From assembly GCA_963788655.1 (NCBI GenBank), contig CAWBHS010000067.1, forward strand, positions 1 to 42,044: 42,044 nucleotides of DNA, given 5' to 3'. The notes under the pieces were generated by a model. The model was given only the letters and a program-made list of their open reading frames with translations, was not told the DNA's origin and made no database searches. Position numbers and translations under genes: made by a program. Position 1 is the stretch's first letter; each line of letters starts with the position of its first letter. Of the stretch, positions 31,370-41,898 are shown in pieces. The DNA comes from an uncultured Verrucomicrobiae bacterium. Lineage in GTDB: Bacteria; Verrucomicrobiota; Verrucomicrobiia; Limisphaerales; JAFGQR01.

Positions 31370-32984
31370 TTAAGGCCTGCTCAATCGATAAAACCTCCTC
31401 CCGTCCGATTTCGGCACCACGACTACGTTTGATAAGTCCGATACTTCGGGGGTATCGGCATTGGTCGTCCATGTGGCGTCCAGTGACAGATTGGTTGAGG
31501 ATTCGAGATAAAAATCAGTGGCCAGCACGGACCACGACAGGCGTACGCTGTCGGCTTGTGGGGTTATGCTCAACGGTGGGGCAGTTGAAGTATCAAGTTT
31601 GGCCAGGAAGACTTCCGGCGCCGGCGGCCCCGAGGTGCTTAACGTCATTTCGTCGAAAGTCAAAGTGTTTTGGAACGATCCCGAGATGTAGCAATTGCCA
31701 ATTGCGTCAGCCCTTAAATGATAAAGCATCAAGTTTTGCGGCACCTGCCGGGACCAAAGCGGAATGCCTTCTCGAGCATACTTCGCATAGAGCACGTTGC
31801 CCGCTTCGAGTTCGGCCGCCAGATAACAATTCCCGGCCGCATCCATCGCCACGGCTGAGCGCGAGGCGGAACGCGGTTGACTGGTTTGCCTGGCCCAAGC
31901 CACGTTGCCCGCGGCATCGTACTTCGCAACAAAGAAATCGTAGTTGTCAAACGAGCCGGGATCCAACGTGTTGCTCAGCGTGAGGCTGCCAAAGTTGGCA
32001 CGTCCATAAAACATACCATTTACCAAGCAGCTTCCTTCGCAATCAACCGCCAAACGATTAGCGTAGTCGTCGCCGGTTCCCCCACCACAACGGGTCCAAA
32101 GCAATTGTCCGTGAGGGTTGTACTTGGTTAGAAAAACATCGGTGCCACCGCCGGCATCGAACTGAAGGTCATTCAGTATCAAGGCCGGTCCGTACAGTTC
32201 CGGCCACATAAACGTTGCCGGCCGGATCAATGGCGATATCCGCTCCTCCATGGGCGTTACCAGCGTCGATGGTATTGATCCAAACCGGGCGCCCCTGGTC
32301 GTCATACTTTGCTACGATGCTGCTGCCCGTCACATTGGTTTCGGCCGAGTTTGCCGTAGTTTGAAAGACTCCGGTCCAGTAACAATTACCCGCATCATCT
32401 ACCGCCAAACCGCTGGAATAGATCCAGTCACTCCAGAAAATAAGGTTGGCCCAAAGCGGTGCCCCGCTGCTGTCGTATTTTGCCAGCACAACGCTCGTGG
32501 CACCTGGATTGGTCAGCGTCAGGCCTCCGAAAACGGCGGTCGGTGCGTCAAAATTGCAGAGCACATACACATTGTTTGCAGCGTCCAAACCGAGTCCCAT
32601 GGGTGAAATGCCGTAGAAATATTGAGTTTCACCATCCTGGGTGACCCACACGAGTTCGCCGGTGCGGTCGTATTTGGCCACAAACAATCCTGGTTTGGTC
32701 AGGGAAGTATTGCCGAATTGGGCGTTCCCACTGATGCTGCCCGCTTGGTAACAATTGCCGGCCGCGTCCACCGCCAAGGCGAAGCCGAAATCCGGATAAC
32801 CATCCGGAGCCCCCGCTTGCCTGGCCCACCGGAATGAGGGAGCGACCTCGGTGGCAATTATCGAACCGGCGAGCCAAACCGTTGCCAATACCGCCCCAAT
32901 CCATTCTCGCCCAAGATGCGAGTAACGTCTTAGTGATTGGGTTGAATTGCCAGGATTGGAGTTGCCGAGAATTGTTGTGCTCAT
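31370..32984 (-). CDS. SBBP-repeat beta-propeller exported protein with C-terminal FYRL domain; frameshift near 32195
   Basis: Repeats of AVD.AGN.Y..G...F.AKYD..G...W; signal-like N-terminus; ends LSW...F.LESSTNL...W...RRFYRLSRP. Confidence 0.87.
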
Positions 32985-33337
32985 ATAAACGTCCTATGGC
33001 CTTGGGTATATTGCCACGCAATGGTGCCAAGCACGGAAAGTACCAGTTTATACCAAACGCTGCATTCCGTCCGCTGGCAGGAATTCACTGGCACGCTGAC
33101 GGTGGCGCTGGTGTAAACGAGGAAGCACTTGTGGGAAGATGAGCATCACGAGTCGTGGCTGGACATTAGTGGCATACCGGATCAGTGCGGGTGATTTTGA
33201 CCGAAGTAGAAACCGGGGAGATATCCGAAAGCCGCTCCCACATCGAACCACTGCCAGGTCAAACTTCTTTGGGCTAGAACGCCTTGTGCCAGGTGCCAGC
33301 CTTGACTTGACGGCATCGCATTTGCGCATCAAGGACG

Positions 33338-35314
33338 CTAGCCCGAGCCTGAAGTGGCCAGTACCGTGATTTGGTCGCGGATCGCCCGGGTCAGTTCCGC
33401 AACGTCGGTCGCATCCAGTCGGCGCAAAACGCATTCCCACCGATAAGCGTAGCTGCCCGCCGGATCATATTTGCAATGTCTAAAGAGAGTGTGGAAGGCC
33501 CGGCGTCGTTCGCGATAATCGCCTTGCACGTGCCGAAACCAGTCCGCAAAGGTTTCCAGATATGCTTCGGCAAACTTCCGCGGATTGGGAACCAGCGCCA
33601 GCCGCGCGTTGATCGGGCGGGCGTAGTCTTTGGCAAACTCGGTCAACGGCCGGCGGTATTCGTCAAAGGCTCCGCTGTGATCGGCGACAATTAGCTCGAC
33701 CGGCAGATCCGCTTCTTCCATCAACACCTCGTCGCCGTCATCAAATACCACCTGGGTTCCATTTTCGTAAGTGCGGCCGATAATCAAGTTCGAGGCCGCG
33801 GCTTTGCCCAGCAACCAAGCCACGCGCAAGGCATAATCCTCATCACTGAACTTCCAGGGTGGCAGTTTGTCGGTGGCAGTCCCGTACAGGTAGTCCCGTT
33901 CAAAATAGCTGGCTCGAATCCGGCAGCCGGCATACGCGTGGTTCGTACCGTGGTAAACTTCCCCGATCCGGCGTAGCGTGACCCGCGGAATCAGGTTCAT
34001 GCCCAATTGTCGGCAGCCCAGGCGGCGATCCAGGATGTAGTCCGCATATTCATCGCTTTCGAGAATGGCCTGGAGTAATGGTTTGCCCTGGTCCAGCCGT
34101 TCGGCCACATCCCATTTTTGCATCCGCAGGAAACGGACCATCGGCACGGCTTCATGCCGCGCCTTGAACTCGGCGATATAGACGCCGCGTTTGCCGCGCT
34201 TGAGCGGGCGGCCCGAAAGCGATTGGGGGATGCGCCCGACGTTCACATACTCCAGGTCCCAGTATTCCCGCACAAAGTTGTAAATGAATCCCCGGGCGCG
34301 GGCGTCGCAAAGAAGTTGGAGCGATTCATCGTTCGCCCGTTGCTCGGCTTCATCGAAAATGGTGTCCAGGATGAATTCGCCCTCTTCAAACCGCCCGCCG
34401 GGCAACCATTCGATTTGCAGGAAGAAGTCCGGGCTCAAACCGTGCAGGACCTCCTCGGCAATCGTCTCATCTTTCTGGCGGACGAGCACAACGAACATCT
34501 CGTTGCGCCATTGTTCCACGCGCACGTCATCTTCCCGGAACGGCGGTTCCACCGCGGCGGCGAACTGCGCCTTCAACGCCTCGTGCTGGGCGCGCGCTGC
34601 GGCTTCGGTCAGTTTCCCCCACGGCACCCCCACAAAATGCGACGCGCCAAAACGGGTGGGCGCCGCCATGAAGAAGTCCACTTCCGGATTGCCCAGCCGG
34701 TTGCGGCACTGCGAGTGTTGGGCGATTTCGTCCAATTGGCGGACCAGCGCGGGCCCATCCAACCGGTCCAACCGGGCAAATTCGTGAAACGTCAGGTAGC
34801 GGGTGCCGCTGGCCCGGCTGTAGTAATAAATCGGTTGTTCATGGATGGGGACATGGGACTGCTGAATTAACTGGCGCATGCCTTCGTGCGACTGGGGCAG
34901 CGCGCTGATGCGCCAGTATTCCCCCCGTTCCTTGATCGCGTTTTGCACCTGCTCGTTGAAGACGAACATGAATTTGATTTGCCGCTTCGATACCAGTTCC
35001 TGGAGCGCCTCGTCGGCCTGGAAGGCCAATGGCATGTGCGCCGGATCAGGGCGAATCAGCACGTGGTCCGGTTCAAAAAACAGGTCCACCGACTGCGCGC
35101 ACTCCAATTCTTCATCTGCCCGCGTCAGCGGCGGCTTCCCCTGCACCGCCCGTTGCTCATTCAAAAGCTCGATTAACGCGAGGCGCTGGGAGGCATGGAT
35201 GCCGGGCAGCGTGACCAGCAATTGGTGTGCGGGAAAAACGGTGCCCACCCGCGATTTCAATTGCCCTTGGGCGTCGCGTTCGAACAACTTAGGTCCACGT
35301 ATCTGGAGTGCCAT
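33338..35314 (-). CDS. Conserved hypothetical cytoplasmic protein (658 aa)
   Basis: Long uninterrupted ORF with host-like composition; no family confidently recognised. Confidence 0.85.
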   Translation of the reverse strand: MALQIRGPKLFERDAQGQLKSRVGTVFPAHQLLVTLPGIHASQRLALIELLNEQRAVQGKPPLTRADEELECAQSVDLFFEPDHVLIRPDPAHMPLAFQADEALQELVSKRQIKFMFVFNEQVQNAIKERGEYWRISALPQSHEGMRQLIQQSHVPIHEQPIYYYSRASGTRYLTFHEFARLDRLDGPALVRQLDEIAQHSQCRNRLGNPEVDFFMAAPTRFGASHFVGVPWGKLTEAAARAQHEALKAQFAAAVEPPFREDDVRVEQWRNEMFVVLVRQKDETIAEEVLHGLSPDFFLQIEWLPGGRFEEGEFILDTIFDEAEQRANDESLQLLCDARARGFIYNFVREYWDLEYVNVGRIPQSLSGRPLKRGKRGVYIAEFKARHEAVPMVRFLRMQKWDVAERLDQGKPLLQAILESDEYADYILDRRLGCRQLGMNLIPRVTLRRIGEVYHGTNHAYAGCRIRASYFERDYLYGTATDKLPPWKFSDEDYALRVAWLLGKAAASNLIIGRTYENGTQVVFDDGDEVLMEEADLPVELIVADHSGAFDEYRRPLTEFAKDYARPINARLALVPNPRKFAEAYLETFADWFRHVQGDYRERRRAFHTLFRHCKYDPAGSYAYRWECVLRRLDATDVAELTRAIRDQITVLATSGSG

Positions 35315-35731
35315 ACCGCTGGGCCAACGATAGGCCGGCCGGACAATTTGTCGATACCAACCCGCCGGAGAAATTCAGACTGCGGCGCCGCGTCAGGTTG
35401 TCGGCGCGCAAGCATCCTGGGCGAAATGAGTGCAGTGGGTTTGACCGGGCCTTGGCGTTTCGGGAAGTAACCCGCTGCCGTTGGTGCGGTCGAACTCGAC
35501 GATGCCCTGGGCACCGGTGCGGCCGTCAATGTTTTGCCCAGCACCGGTGAGGAATCCTTGGCCTGCTGTATCCCATCGCTTGGCGACATGCAAGCCGGCA
35601 GGGAATGTTCAAAATCGAGCGGAGAATTTGAACGAAGACAACAAGAGAGTTTTGACGATTTAATGGGTGGAACGACCCAGATCAATCATGGTGAATGAGC
35701 ATAGGCGTTTTCCCAGTTGTTCAACGAGTCA

Positions 35732-35806
35732 TGGAGCCAATGGTCGGGATTGAACCGACGACCGACGGTTTACGAAACCGTTGCTCTACCGCTGAGCTAC
35801 ATTGGC
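35732..35806 (-). tRNA. tRNA-Thr(CGT)
   Basis: GCCAATG/CATTGGC acceptor stem, GCTC/GAGC D arm, ACGGT-TTCGTAA-ACCGT anticodon arm, GTCGG-TTCAATC-CCGAC T arm, encoded CCA; 75 nt. Confidence 0.98.
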
Positions 35807-35913
35807 TTTCCATTCGGTTTTATAGGTATATTTGTTGGTTTTTGAGCTTGTCAGGCCCAAACTATTCCAACAGGATTCCAACATGTTTTGCGGGTCAAAC
35901 CCTACATAACCCT

Positions 35914-37173
35914 ATGAAAACCATCCGGAAAGATTGGCCCAAGGTCAGCCAATACGTCAAGGCGGGAAACACATATTTTTCTGTGGACCTGCGGCGCAGG
36001 CACTACCGGGGCCAGAAGTGGAAAAACTTCACGAGTCGAGACGAGGCTCTCAAATTCGCAGCCGACCTTGGGAAGAAGGTCGCCAAGTCAGGAATCGATT
36101 CCATCCAGGCGGTTCATGAAGGTGACAGGGTGAAAGCGTGGGGCGAACAATGTGCTCTCTACGGAAAAACTGTCGAGCAGGCGATTGATACTGCTCTGAA
36201 GTTGTGGGAGCAGGAACGTAAAATCAAGGAGTCGCCGTTTATGTCGGAACTGCTGAGCCTTTGGATGCTCGACAAGATCGAGAACCCCTTGAAGCCTCTT
36301 CGTCCAAGAACATTGAAGTCGATTCGCTTCATGGCCAATACGTTCAAGGCCGATTTCAAGGACGCAAGGATCAAGCAGATCGACCGGGCACGCCTTGAAA
36401 AATACCTTCGCGGCAAGGATGTCTCCAATCAGACCCGCAAAAACCTTCGGAACTACCTTGGTCAGTTTTTCAATTGGGCGATTCGCAACGGTCATTGTGA
36501 AAAGAATCCGGTCGAGCAAATTCAAGTCCATGTTCAAAATGGCGTGCCCGAGTATTTCAAAATCGAACAATGTGTGTCGATTTTGCAGGAGCTGCTCAAG
36601 GAGGAACACGCTTCAGTGAAAGCCTACTTCGTCCTCTGTCTGTTCGGTGGGATTCGTCCAGAGGAAGCCCAACGATTGGCTTGGGAAGCAAACGTGAAGA
36701 TGGATACTGAAGAGATTTATATCCCTGCCACCATCGCGAAGACCAAACGTGATCGCATGTTCGCAATGCCGCCAATATTGAAACTTTGGTTGGAGTTTTG
36801 TCCTCAGGACAAACCGCTTATTCCTGCAAACCTCCGGAAATTAAAAGACAAGGTCATCAAATCCCTTAACTTCCCTTGGATTCAAGACGGATTACGACAC
36901 ACCTTCGCTACTTTCCATTATGCCAAACATAAGAGCCTTGATGAACTTCGACACATTATGGGCAATTCTCCAAACGTGATTGAACGATTTTATAAGGGAG
37001 CCATTTCACCCAAGCTGGTTGATCTTTTTTGGAGCCTCACCCCTATGGCCCGCAGGAAGGTTTGCCAGTCTTCTTCCGTCGTTCTTACGGCTCTGGTTGC
37101 CTGTGCGGACTGCGTTGATCTGTTGGCCCCTTCACCAGCTTCGGGGCTTGCGCCTTGCTGCTGGCTACTGTGA
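35914..37173 (+). CDS. Tyrosine recombinase/phage-type integrase; the native C-terminus probably ends near 37043 and the rest is read-through into intron DNA
   Basis: SAM-like domain (FFNWA...NPV), GGIRPEE, AKTK, DGLRHTFAT, MGNSP....FY; lower GC; adjacent to the tRNA. Confidence 0.9.
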   Translation: MKTIRKDWPKVSQYVKAGNTYFSVDLRRRHYRGQKWKNFTSRDEALKFAADLGKKVAKSGIDSIQAVHEGDRVKAWGEQCALYGKTVEQAIDTALKLWEQERKIKESPFMSELLSLWMLDKIENPLKPLRPRTLKSIRFMANTFKADFKDARIKQIDRARLEKYLRGKDVSNQTRKNLRNYLGQFFNWAIRNGHCEKNPVEQIQVHVQNGVPEYFKIEQCVSILQELLKEEHASVKAYFVLCLFGGIRPEEAQRLAWEANVKMDTEEIYIPATIAKTKRDRMFAMPPILKLWLEFCPQDKPLIPANLRKLKDKVIKSLNFPWIQDGLRHTFATFHYAKHKSLDELRHIMGNSPNVIERFYKGAISPKLVDLFWSLTPMARRKVCQSSSVVLTALVACADCVDLLAPSPASGLAPCCWLL

Positions 37174-37606
37174 ACCAATCCGACTCCCGAATCGCCAGGA
37201 GGTACTCCTTTGGGTTGCGCCTCCCTTCCTGCTTGGCTCTCGTAGTTAGTGCGGCAGGGACTCTTCGGGTCTCCTTCGTTCCGTGTGTTTCCTTCGGCAC
37301 GCGCCACGCTCTCAGACCCCGGCAAGCCCTCCCCATCCTTACCTTTAACGGACGGGTCGGTTTTGGATTCGGACAGTAAGACGTCATCTCCACTTGCAGT
37401 TGAGCTTCTCGAGGCTGAATTGCTTAAGCCGGATGCGGGTCCAGCTTGCGGCTCGCGCTTTTCCGTGGATACGCTTCTCGACGGCCGTTCGTTCCGGTAG
37501 AACTTTAAATCCACCGGTTCTCCTGCCGTCAAGCAACCCTCGGTCTTGGGTGGTTGGTTAGACCTTTCCATTCATTGTTTTCACGTTGAATCCGGCGGTT
37601 TGAGCA
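37046..37606 (-). mobile_element. 5' fragment of a group II intron (domains I-III and start of IV, class E-like); RT and domains V/VI absent
   Basis: Ordered motifs GAAAGGTCTAACCAACCAC, GAAGCGT, CAGCCTCGAGA, CCGGGGTCTGAGAGCGTGGC, GGAAC....GAGACCC, GGGAGTCGGAT....ACAGTAGC, GAAGGGG, then a WQTFLRAI RT-like start. Confidence 0.7.
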
Positions 37607-37920
37607 TGCGTTCGCAAACTGATGGTGAAGTTAGAACGGTAATTGATGGAGAGGAGCATTGATGGTTGGCGGATCGCCTGGGGGACGCTGTCCCCCAACC
37701 CCCCTGGGATTTTTCGCTTTGGCGCTACTCCAGCAGAACAGGGATGGGCCGGGCAGCCTTTGGACAAAGCCACCCGGCCCTTCTGCTGTTGGCAGCTCCC
37801 CAGTCGGCGCTCAGGTTGCGTCCCCGCAGAGCCCTATCCTCCGCTGGGGTAAATCCGCTCAGGGTGACGGGGCCGGCGGCGCTGGATTCTGCGGTTTCCC
37901 GTTTCCGTTTCCCTGGGGGT

Positions 37921-38891
37921 CTATAGGGTGGGAAAGGGAAACGAGTTGATAGCCGCCGGCCTTGCATGCGGCTGATCAGCCCGGCTTGGGTCAGTTCGGC
38001 CAAGCGGCGCAGAGCGTGGCGGTGCGTATGCGGCAGAGTGGGCGCAGGTGTTGCACCGAGGCCGGGGCGTCCAGTGGCGCCAAGGCGTCCAGCACGCGTT
38101 GTCGCGGCGAGTCCGCAGAAGGACCAGCAGCGGAACCGGCGGAACCGGCGGCCTCACTGAGCACCGATAGGGCCAGTGCGTCGCCGGTGGCCTGCAGTTG
38201 CAGGGCGATGTGGTCCTGAGAAGCGGCGGCGCGATGCTCGGTGGAGAGGGTCAGTTGCGAGCCTTTGCGGCGCATGTAGAGATTGGAGTCGCCCCAACCG
38301 TGGAGTTCACTGGAACCGCGCAAGGCCTGGCCCGGGCGGCTGATGAGAGTCCTTGCGGGCGTGATGCACCAGGAGGATGGCCAGGCCAAAGCGCCGTTGG
38401 AGTTCCCGCAGATAGGATAGCAGGGCGGCGACTTGGCTGGCATCGTTCTCATCGATTCGATGAAGCCGGATGAGGGGATCGAGGACCAGGAGGATGGGTT
38501 GGCGCTGCTGGATGGTGTCGGCCAGGCGCTGGCGATCGCTCGCGGTGTCCAGTCGGAGTGAGGGGGCCATGATGACCTCGACGGGGAGCGAAGGGAAATC
38601 GACCTGAGCCATTATCGCAATGCCTTCCAACCTCTGGCGGACGATGGCCAGGGAGTCTTCAGCCGGAAAGAGCAGCACCTTGCCGGTGCGCCGAACCGGG
38701 AACTGCCGCAGACAGGCGGCGCCCGAAGCGACGCTCACCGCCACATCCAGGGCCAGGAAGCTTTTGTAGCACTTGGGTTCGCCGCCCAGAATGCCGACGG
38801 CTTGCTCGGACCAGAGTCCTTGAACTAACCACTGGGTCTGGGGGCCAGCGGTGGAGAGTTGGCTGGCTCGTTGCACGGGAAGCGGGTTCAT
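37921..38891 (-). CDS. AAA_25/RecA-like ATPase with C-terminal winged-helix-like segment; frameshifts near 38345 and 38005; 3' end approximate
   Basis: WLVQGL, GEPKCYKS (Walker A), LF.AED, LLVLDP (Walker B), LVHHARK, RGSS. Confidence 0.8.
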
Positions 38892-39715
38892 GGTTTGCGA
38901 ACGGGTTTGGGATCCAGCGCAAAGACCTCGAAGAAGAGCTTTTCGTCGATTTGCTCCCGTTCCTGATGCAGCGCGGCGGCCAATAACTCATTGGCCATAT
39001 TCATCAACAGGCGCAGGTTGCCGGCGGCATGTTCGCACAGGGTCTGGAGCAACGGGGCGTTGAGAAGTTTGGGATTGCCGGCCATTTTGAGGAGGTGGTT
39101 TAAGCACTGGAGCAGTTGCGGGGCGCTCAAGGGCTCGGCACGCAGGCGCGAGCGGATGCGGCTGGCAATGGGCAAAAGTTCCACGCCTTCCAGTCGGTTG
39201 GCCAGGCGACGATCCCCGGCCAGGATGGTGGTCAGGATCGAGCGCGAGTCCAGGTCGGCGCTGGAGAGCAAGCGCAACTCGGAGAACACCGGCGGGCTCA
39301 TTTCCTGGGCCTCGTCGATCAAGAGCACGGGGCGAAAGAGCGAGCTGTCGATGTGATGGAGCCATTTTTCCCGCAGCGCTTTGGCGCTGGCCCAACGGTT
39401 ATGAGGAGACAAGGCAACCGCGAAGAGGTGACCCAGTTCGCGATAGAAGTCGGCCAGGGAGGCCTGGGGCCGGCTCAATACACCGACTTGCACATCGCGC
39501 AGGTTGCCCAGGCGTTCGGCCAGGAGGCGCAGGGCGGCGCTCTTGCCGGTGCCGGGTTCGCCGATGACCAGGGCAAAGCCGCCTTCGCCGATCTGTTGTT
39601 CGATGCGCCAGCAGAAGCTCTCGGTGGCCGGAGAGGGCCACAGCGCCGAGGTCGGCACTTCTGGGGAAAAGGGGTTGAACTTTAAGCTGAACAGGGAGAG
39701 GAGTTTTTTGTTCAT
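38888..39715 (-). CDS. ExeA-like AAA+ ATPase (transposition helper)
   Basis: L..NPF, GEPGTGKS, LLIDEAQ, ILAG, SRI, GNLR. Confidence 0.92.
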   Translation of the reverse strand: MNKKLLSLFSLKFNPFSPEVPTSALWPSPATESFCWRIEQQIGEGGFALVIGEPGTGKSAALRLLAERLGNLRDVQVGVLSRPQASLADFYRELGHLFAVALSPHNRWASAKALREKWLHHIDSSLFRPVLLIDEAQEMSPPVFSELRLLSSADLDSRSILTTILAGDRRLANRLEGVELLPIASRIRSRLRAEPLSAPQLLQCLNHLLKMAGNPKLLNAPLLQTLCEHAAGNLRLLMNMANELLAAALHQEREQIDEKLFFEVFALDPKPVRKP

Positions 39716-41209
39716 GGAGCGTCGGGTGATTGGGTGGTGGTTTTGGGCAGATAAGCCGGAGGCAGACCGGTGAGGGCGTATTGCTGGATGAGTTTTTGGA
39801 GCAGCGGCGCCAGGCCCGAAGGCGGCGGGACCGGCGTGGCGGGTGTTTGCAGTGGACCGTTGCGGGCGGCTCGGTGACCTTCCGCGTTCTTGTGTTTATC
39901 CAGGGGAAAAAGCCGGCCGAGGATCGTGCCGGTGGTGGGATCGGCCAGGTGCACCTGGCTCAAATCCCAGGCCGCCACCCGGACCTGGACCTGCTGGAAA
40001 TGACCGTAGCGGGAGGGCACCTCAAAACGAATCCCTCCCAGGCTGATGGTGCCGTCGGAGCGGCGTTGGGTGCGCTTGAGTTCGGCGGTAAAGGCCAGTT
40101 TGAGTGCGGCGCTCTGCGGACAGGGCCGGCCCACGTCGCGGTCGTGGAGATAACGGTTGAGGGGAGTCGTTCCCAGTTCGGAATGCTCGGCCCGGTTGTA
40201 TTCCATCTCCACCCAGGCCAGGGTAGCCTCGTTGAGCTGAGCCAACGTCAGATCGGCGACTCCCTCGAGCATGGGTAAGAGCCGGCCTTCGATCTGGGTC
40301 CAGAAGTGCTCTTGCTTCCCGTTTTGGAAGGCGGCGTAGGGCAAAATGGTTTCATGAACGATGCTCAGGCGGGCCAAGCCCTCGGTGGGTTTCGTGGGCG
40401 AGCATGGCGGCGCCATTGTCGGTCATGAGGGCCCGTGGCAAGGAGCGCTTTTGGAAGGCTTGGCACAGGCCGTGACAGAGCTCCTCGGCCGCCTCGCTCA
40501 GATACCATTGGGTGTGACAGCAGAGGCGGGAACAATCATCCAGAACCCCCAGAAGCAGCGGGTAAACCCATCGGCCGTTGTCGAGCAAGACACGGACTGA
40601 GCCGTGATGAAAATCCAGGTGCCAGAGGGCATTGACATACTGGCTTTCGTAGCTGCGCACCTCGCGGCTCTCCAGCCGATGCTCGGCGGCTTGAGCGCCC
40701 GGGCTGTGAACCGGACCGCGTCGCGGGCGTTTGATCAGCCCGTGGTCTTTCATGTAGCGCCGGACCGAGGCGTAGGAAGGAGACGCTCCCAAGGCCGGAT
40801 CCTTTTCCACCAAAACCGCCAAGTTATCGGCGTGAAGCTGGTAACTCCAACTGGGGTGCTGGCGGTATTGGCTCAGCAGCAGGTCGCGGACTTTGGGACC
40901 CACCGCCGGGTGCTGACCCTGATCGGAGCGGATCTTCCGGCGCAAGGCCTGGACCGGGTCCCGCTTTTCATTGCGGGCGGTGTAATACCAGCCCTCGATG
41001 GTGGAGAAGCCAAACTGCGTCCATTGGCCGGTTATGGGATGGCGCCATTTTTTGGCGGCCAGGCCTTTGAGTTGTTCCTGGAGCTGGCCCGACTCGGGCG
41101 GAGCGGCCAGCAAAGGGCCGACCACGCTGAAGCGAAAGCGGGCCCAGCGTTGGTGAGAACCGGAGGATTTCAGAGTTGTTAGCCATATCGTTTTTCGGAT
41201 TTTCGTCAC
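39712..41209 (-). CDS. DDE-type integrase/transposase with Mu-like C-terminal domain; frameshift near 40388
   Basis: WHLDF (D), MTDNGA (D), NGKQEHF (E), YN...HSELG.TP, R.DGTISL.G.RFEVP. Confidence 0.9.
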
Positions 41210-41287
41210 CGTTGTGGCGGACGAATGGCTTGTATCACGCGCCCGGGAACCTGTCTACGGCCATCCTGTGCGCGAGCTCGCTGGCCC

Positions 41288-41860
41288 TCACATAACCTGG
41301 GCTTCCCAGGCGCCCGGCACCGTCATCGGCGCCAAAAATTTCAAGAGATCCATGAAGCGGTTCCGTTGCTCGGCGCCGTAGGCTTTGGCCAAGGAGTTCG
41401 GCAAGCTCTGCTCACACACCGGGGGCATGAAGAGGGCGCGAGCCGCTCGCCAGAACGAGCCTGGACAAAGGTGTCCAACCACCATTCGCGCCAGCGCTGC
41501 AGTGTGCGGCGATCCATCTGAAGCACTTTGCGCAAGCGATGGACCCGCTCGGCGTTCAGGCCGTGAACCATCGAGCTCAAGAGCACGACGACCAGCCCCG
41601 CATAGACCCGCCGGCCCAGGAAACGCACCGAGGCCGGGGTGCAACGCCGCCGGCAATCCTCTTCGCGAACAACAGAAACTGAAACGCAAGTCCCACTGTG
41701 GCCCGCCACGGGGCTTGCGATCGTAATCGCCTCGATGCAACGTTCCGCCGCAAAACCGACAGCCCTCTTGGTGGGTTTGCTGCGGCAAAATCGTCGTCGA
41801 TCTTCTCAAGCAGTTGGAATAAGGTCTGATCAGCCAGATGGTTCTGGCACCAATGCACTT
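41288..41860 (-). CDS. Transposon-associated Cys-rich hypothetical protein; several frameshifts, start approximate
   Basis: Pieces in three frames join as LEKIDDD..GCRFCGG.LH..DY.RKPRG..RFSFCC..CRRR.TP.SVRFLGRRVY..RRTL.RWR.WW..F. Confidence 0.65.
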   Translation of the reverse strand, partial: KCIGARTIWLIRPYSNCLRRSTTILPQQTHQEGCRFCGGTLHRGDYDRKPRGGPQWDLRFSFCCSRRGLPAALHPGLGAFPGPAGLCGAGRRALELDGSRPERRAGPSLAQSASDGSPHTAALARMVVGHLCPGSFWRAARALFMPPVCEQSLPNSLAKAYGAEQRNRFMDLLKFLAPMTVPGAWEAQVM

Positions 41861-41898
41861 CGTTTTGGGCCTTCACAACCGAAAGCGAAGAGCAAAAG

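Noticed and set aside
35695..35913. Integrase N-terminal extension (MEPMVGIEPTTDGLRNRCST)
   Set aside because: This is the antisense translation of tRNA-Thr; ATG 35914 is the likely start.
35914..37173. Integrase as the IntI serving the cassette array
   Set aside because: It lies 8 kb away beside a tRNA and shows no IntI-specific insertion or motifs; it looks phage/island-type.
36990..37571. 193 aa and 102 aa minus-strand ORFs
   Set aside because: They coincide with the group II intron RNA scaffold.
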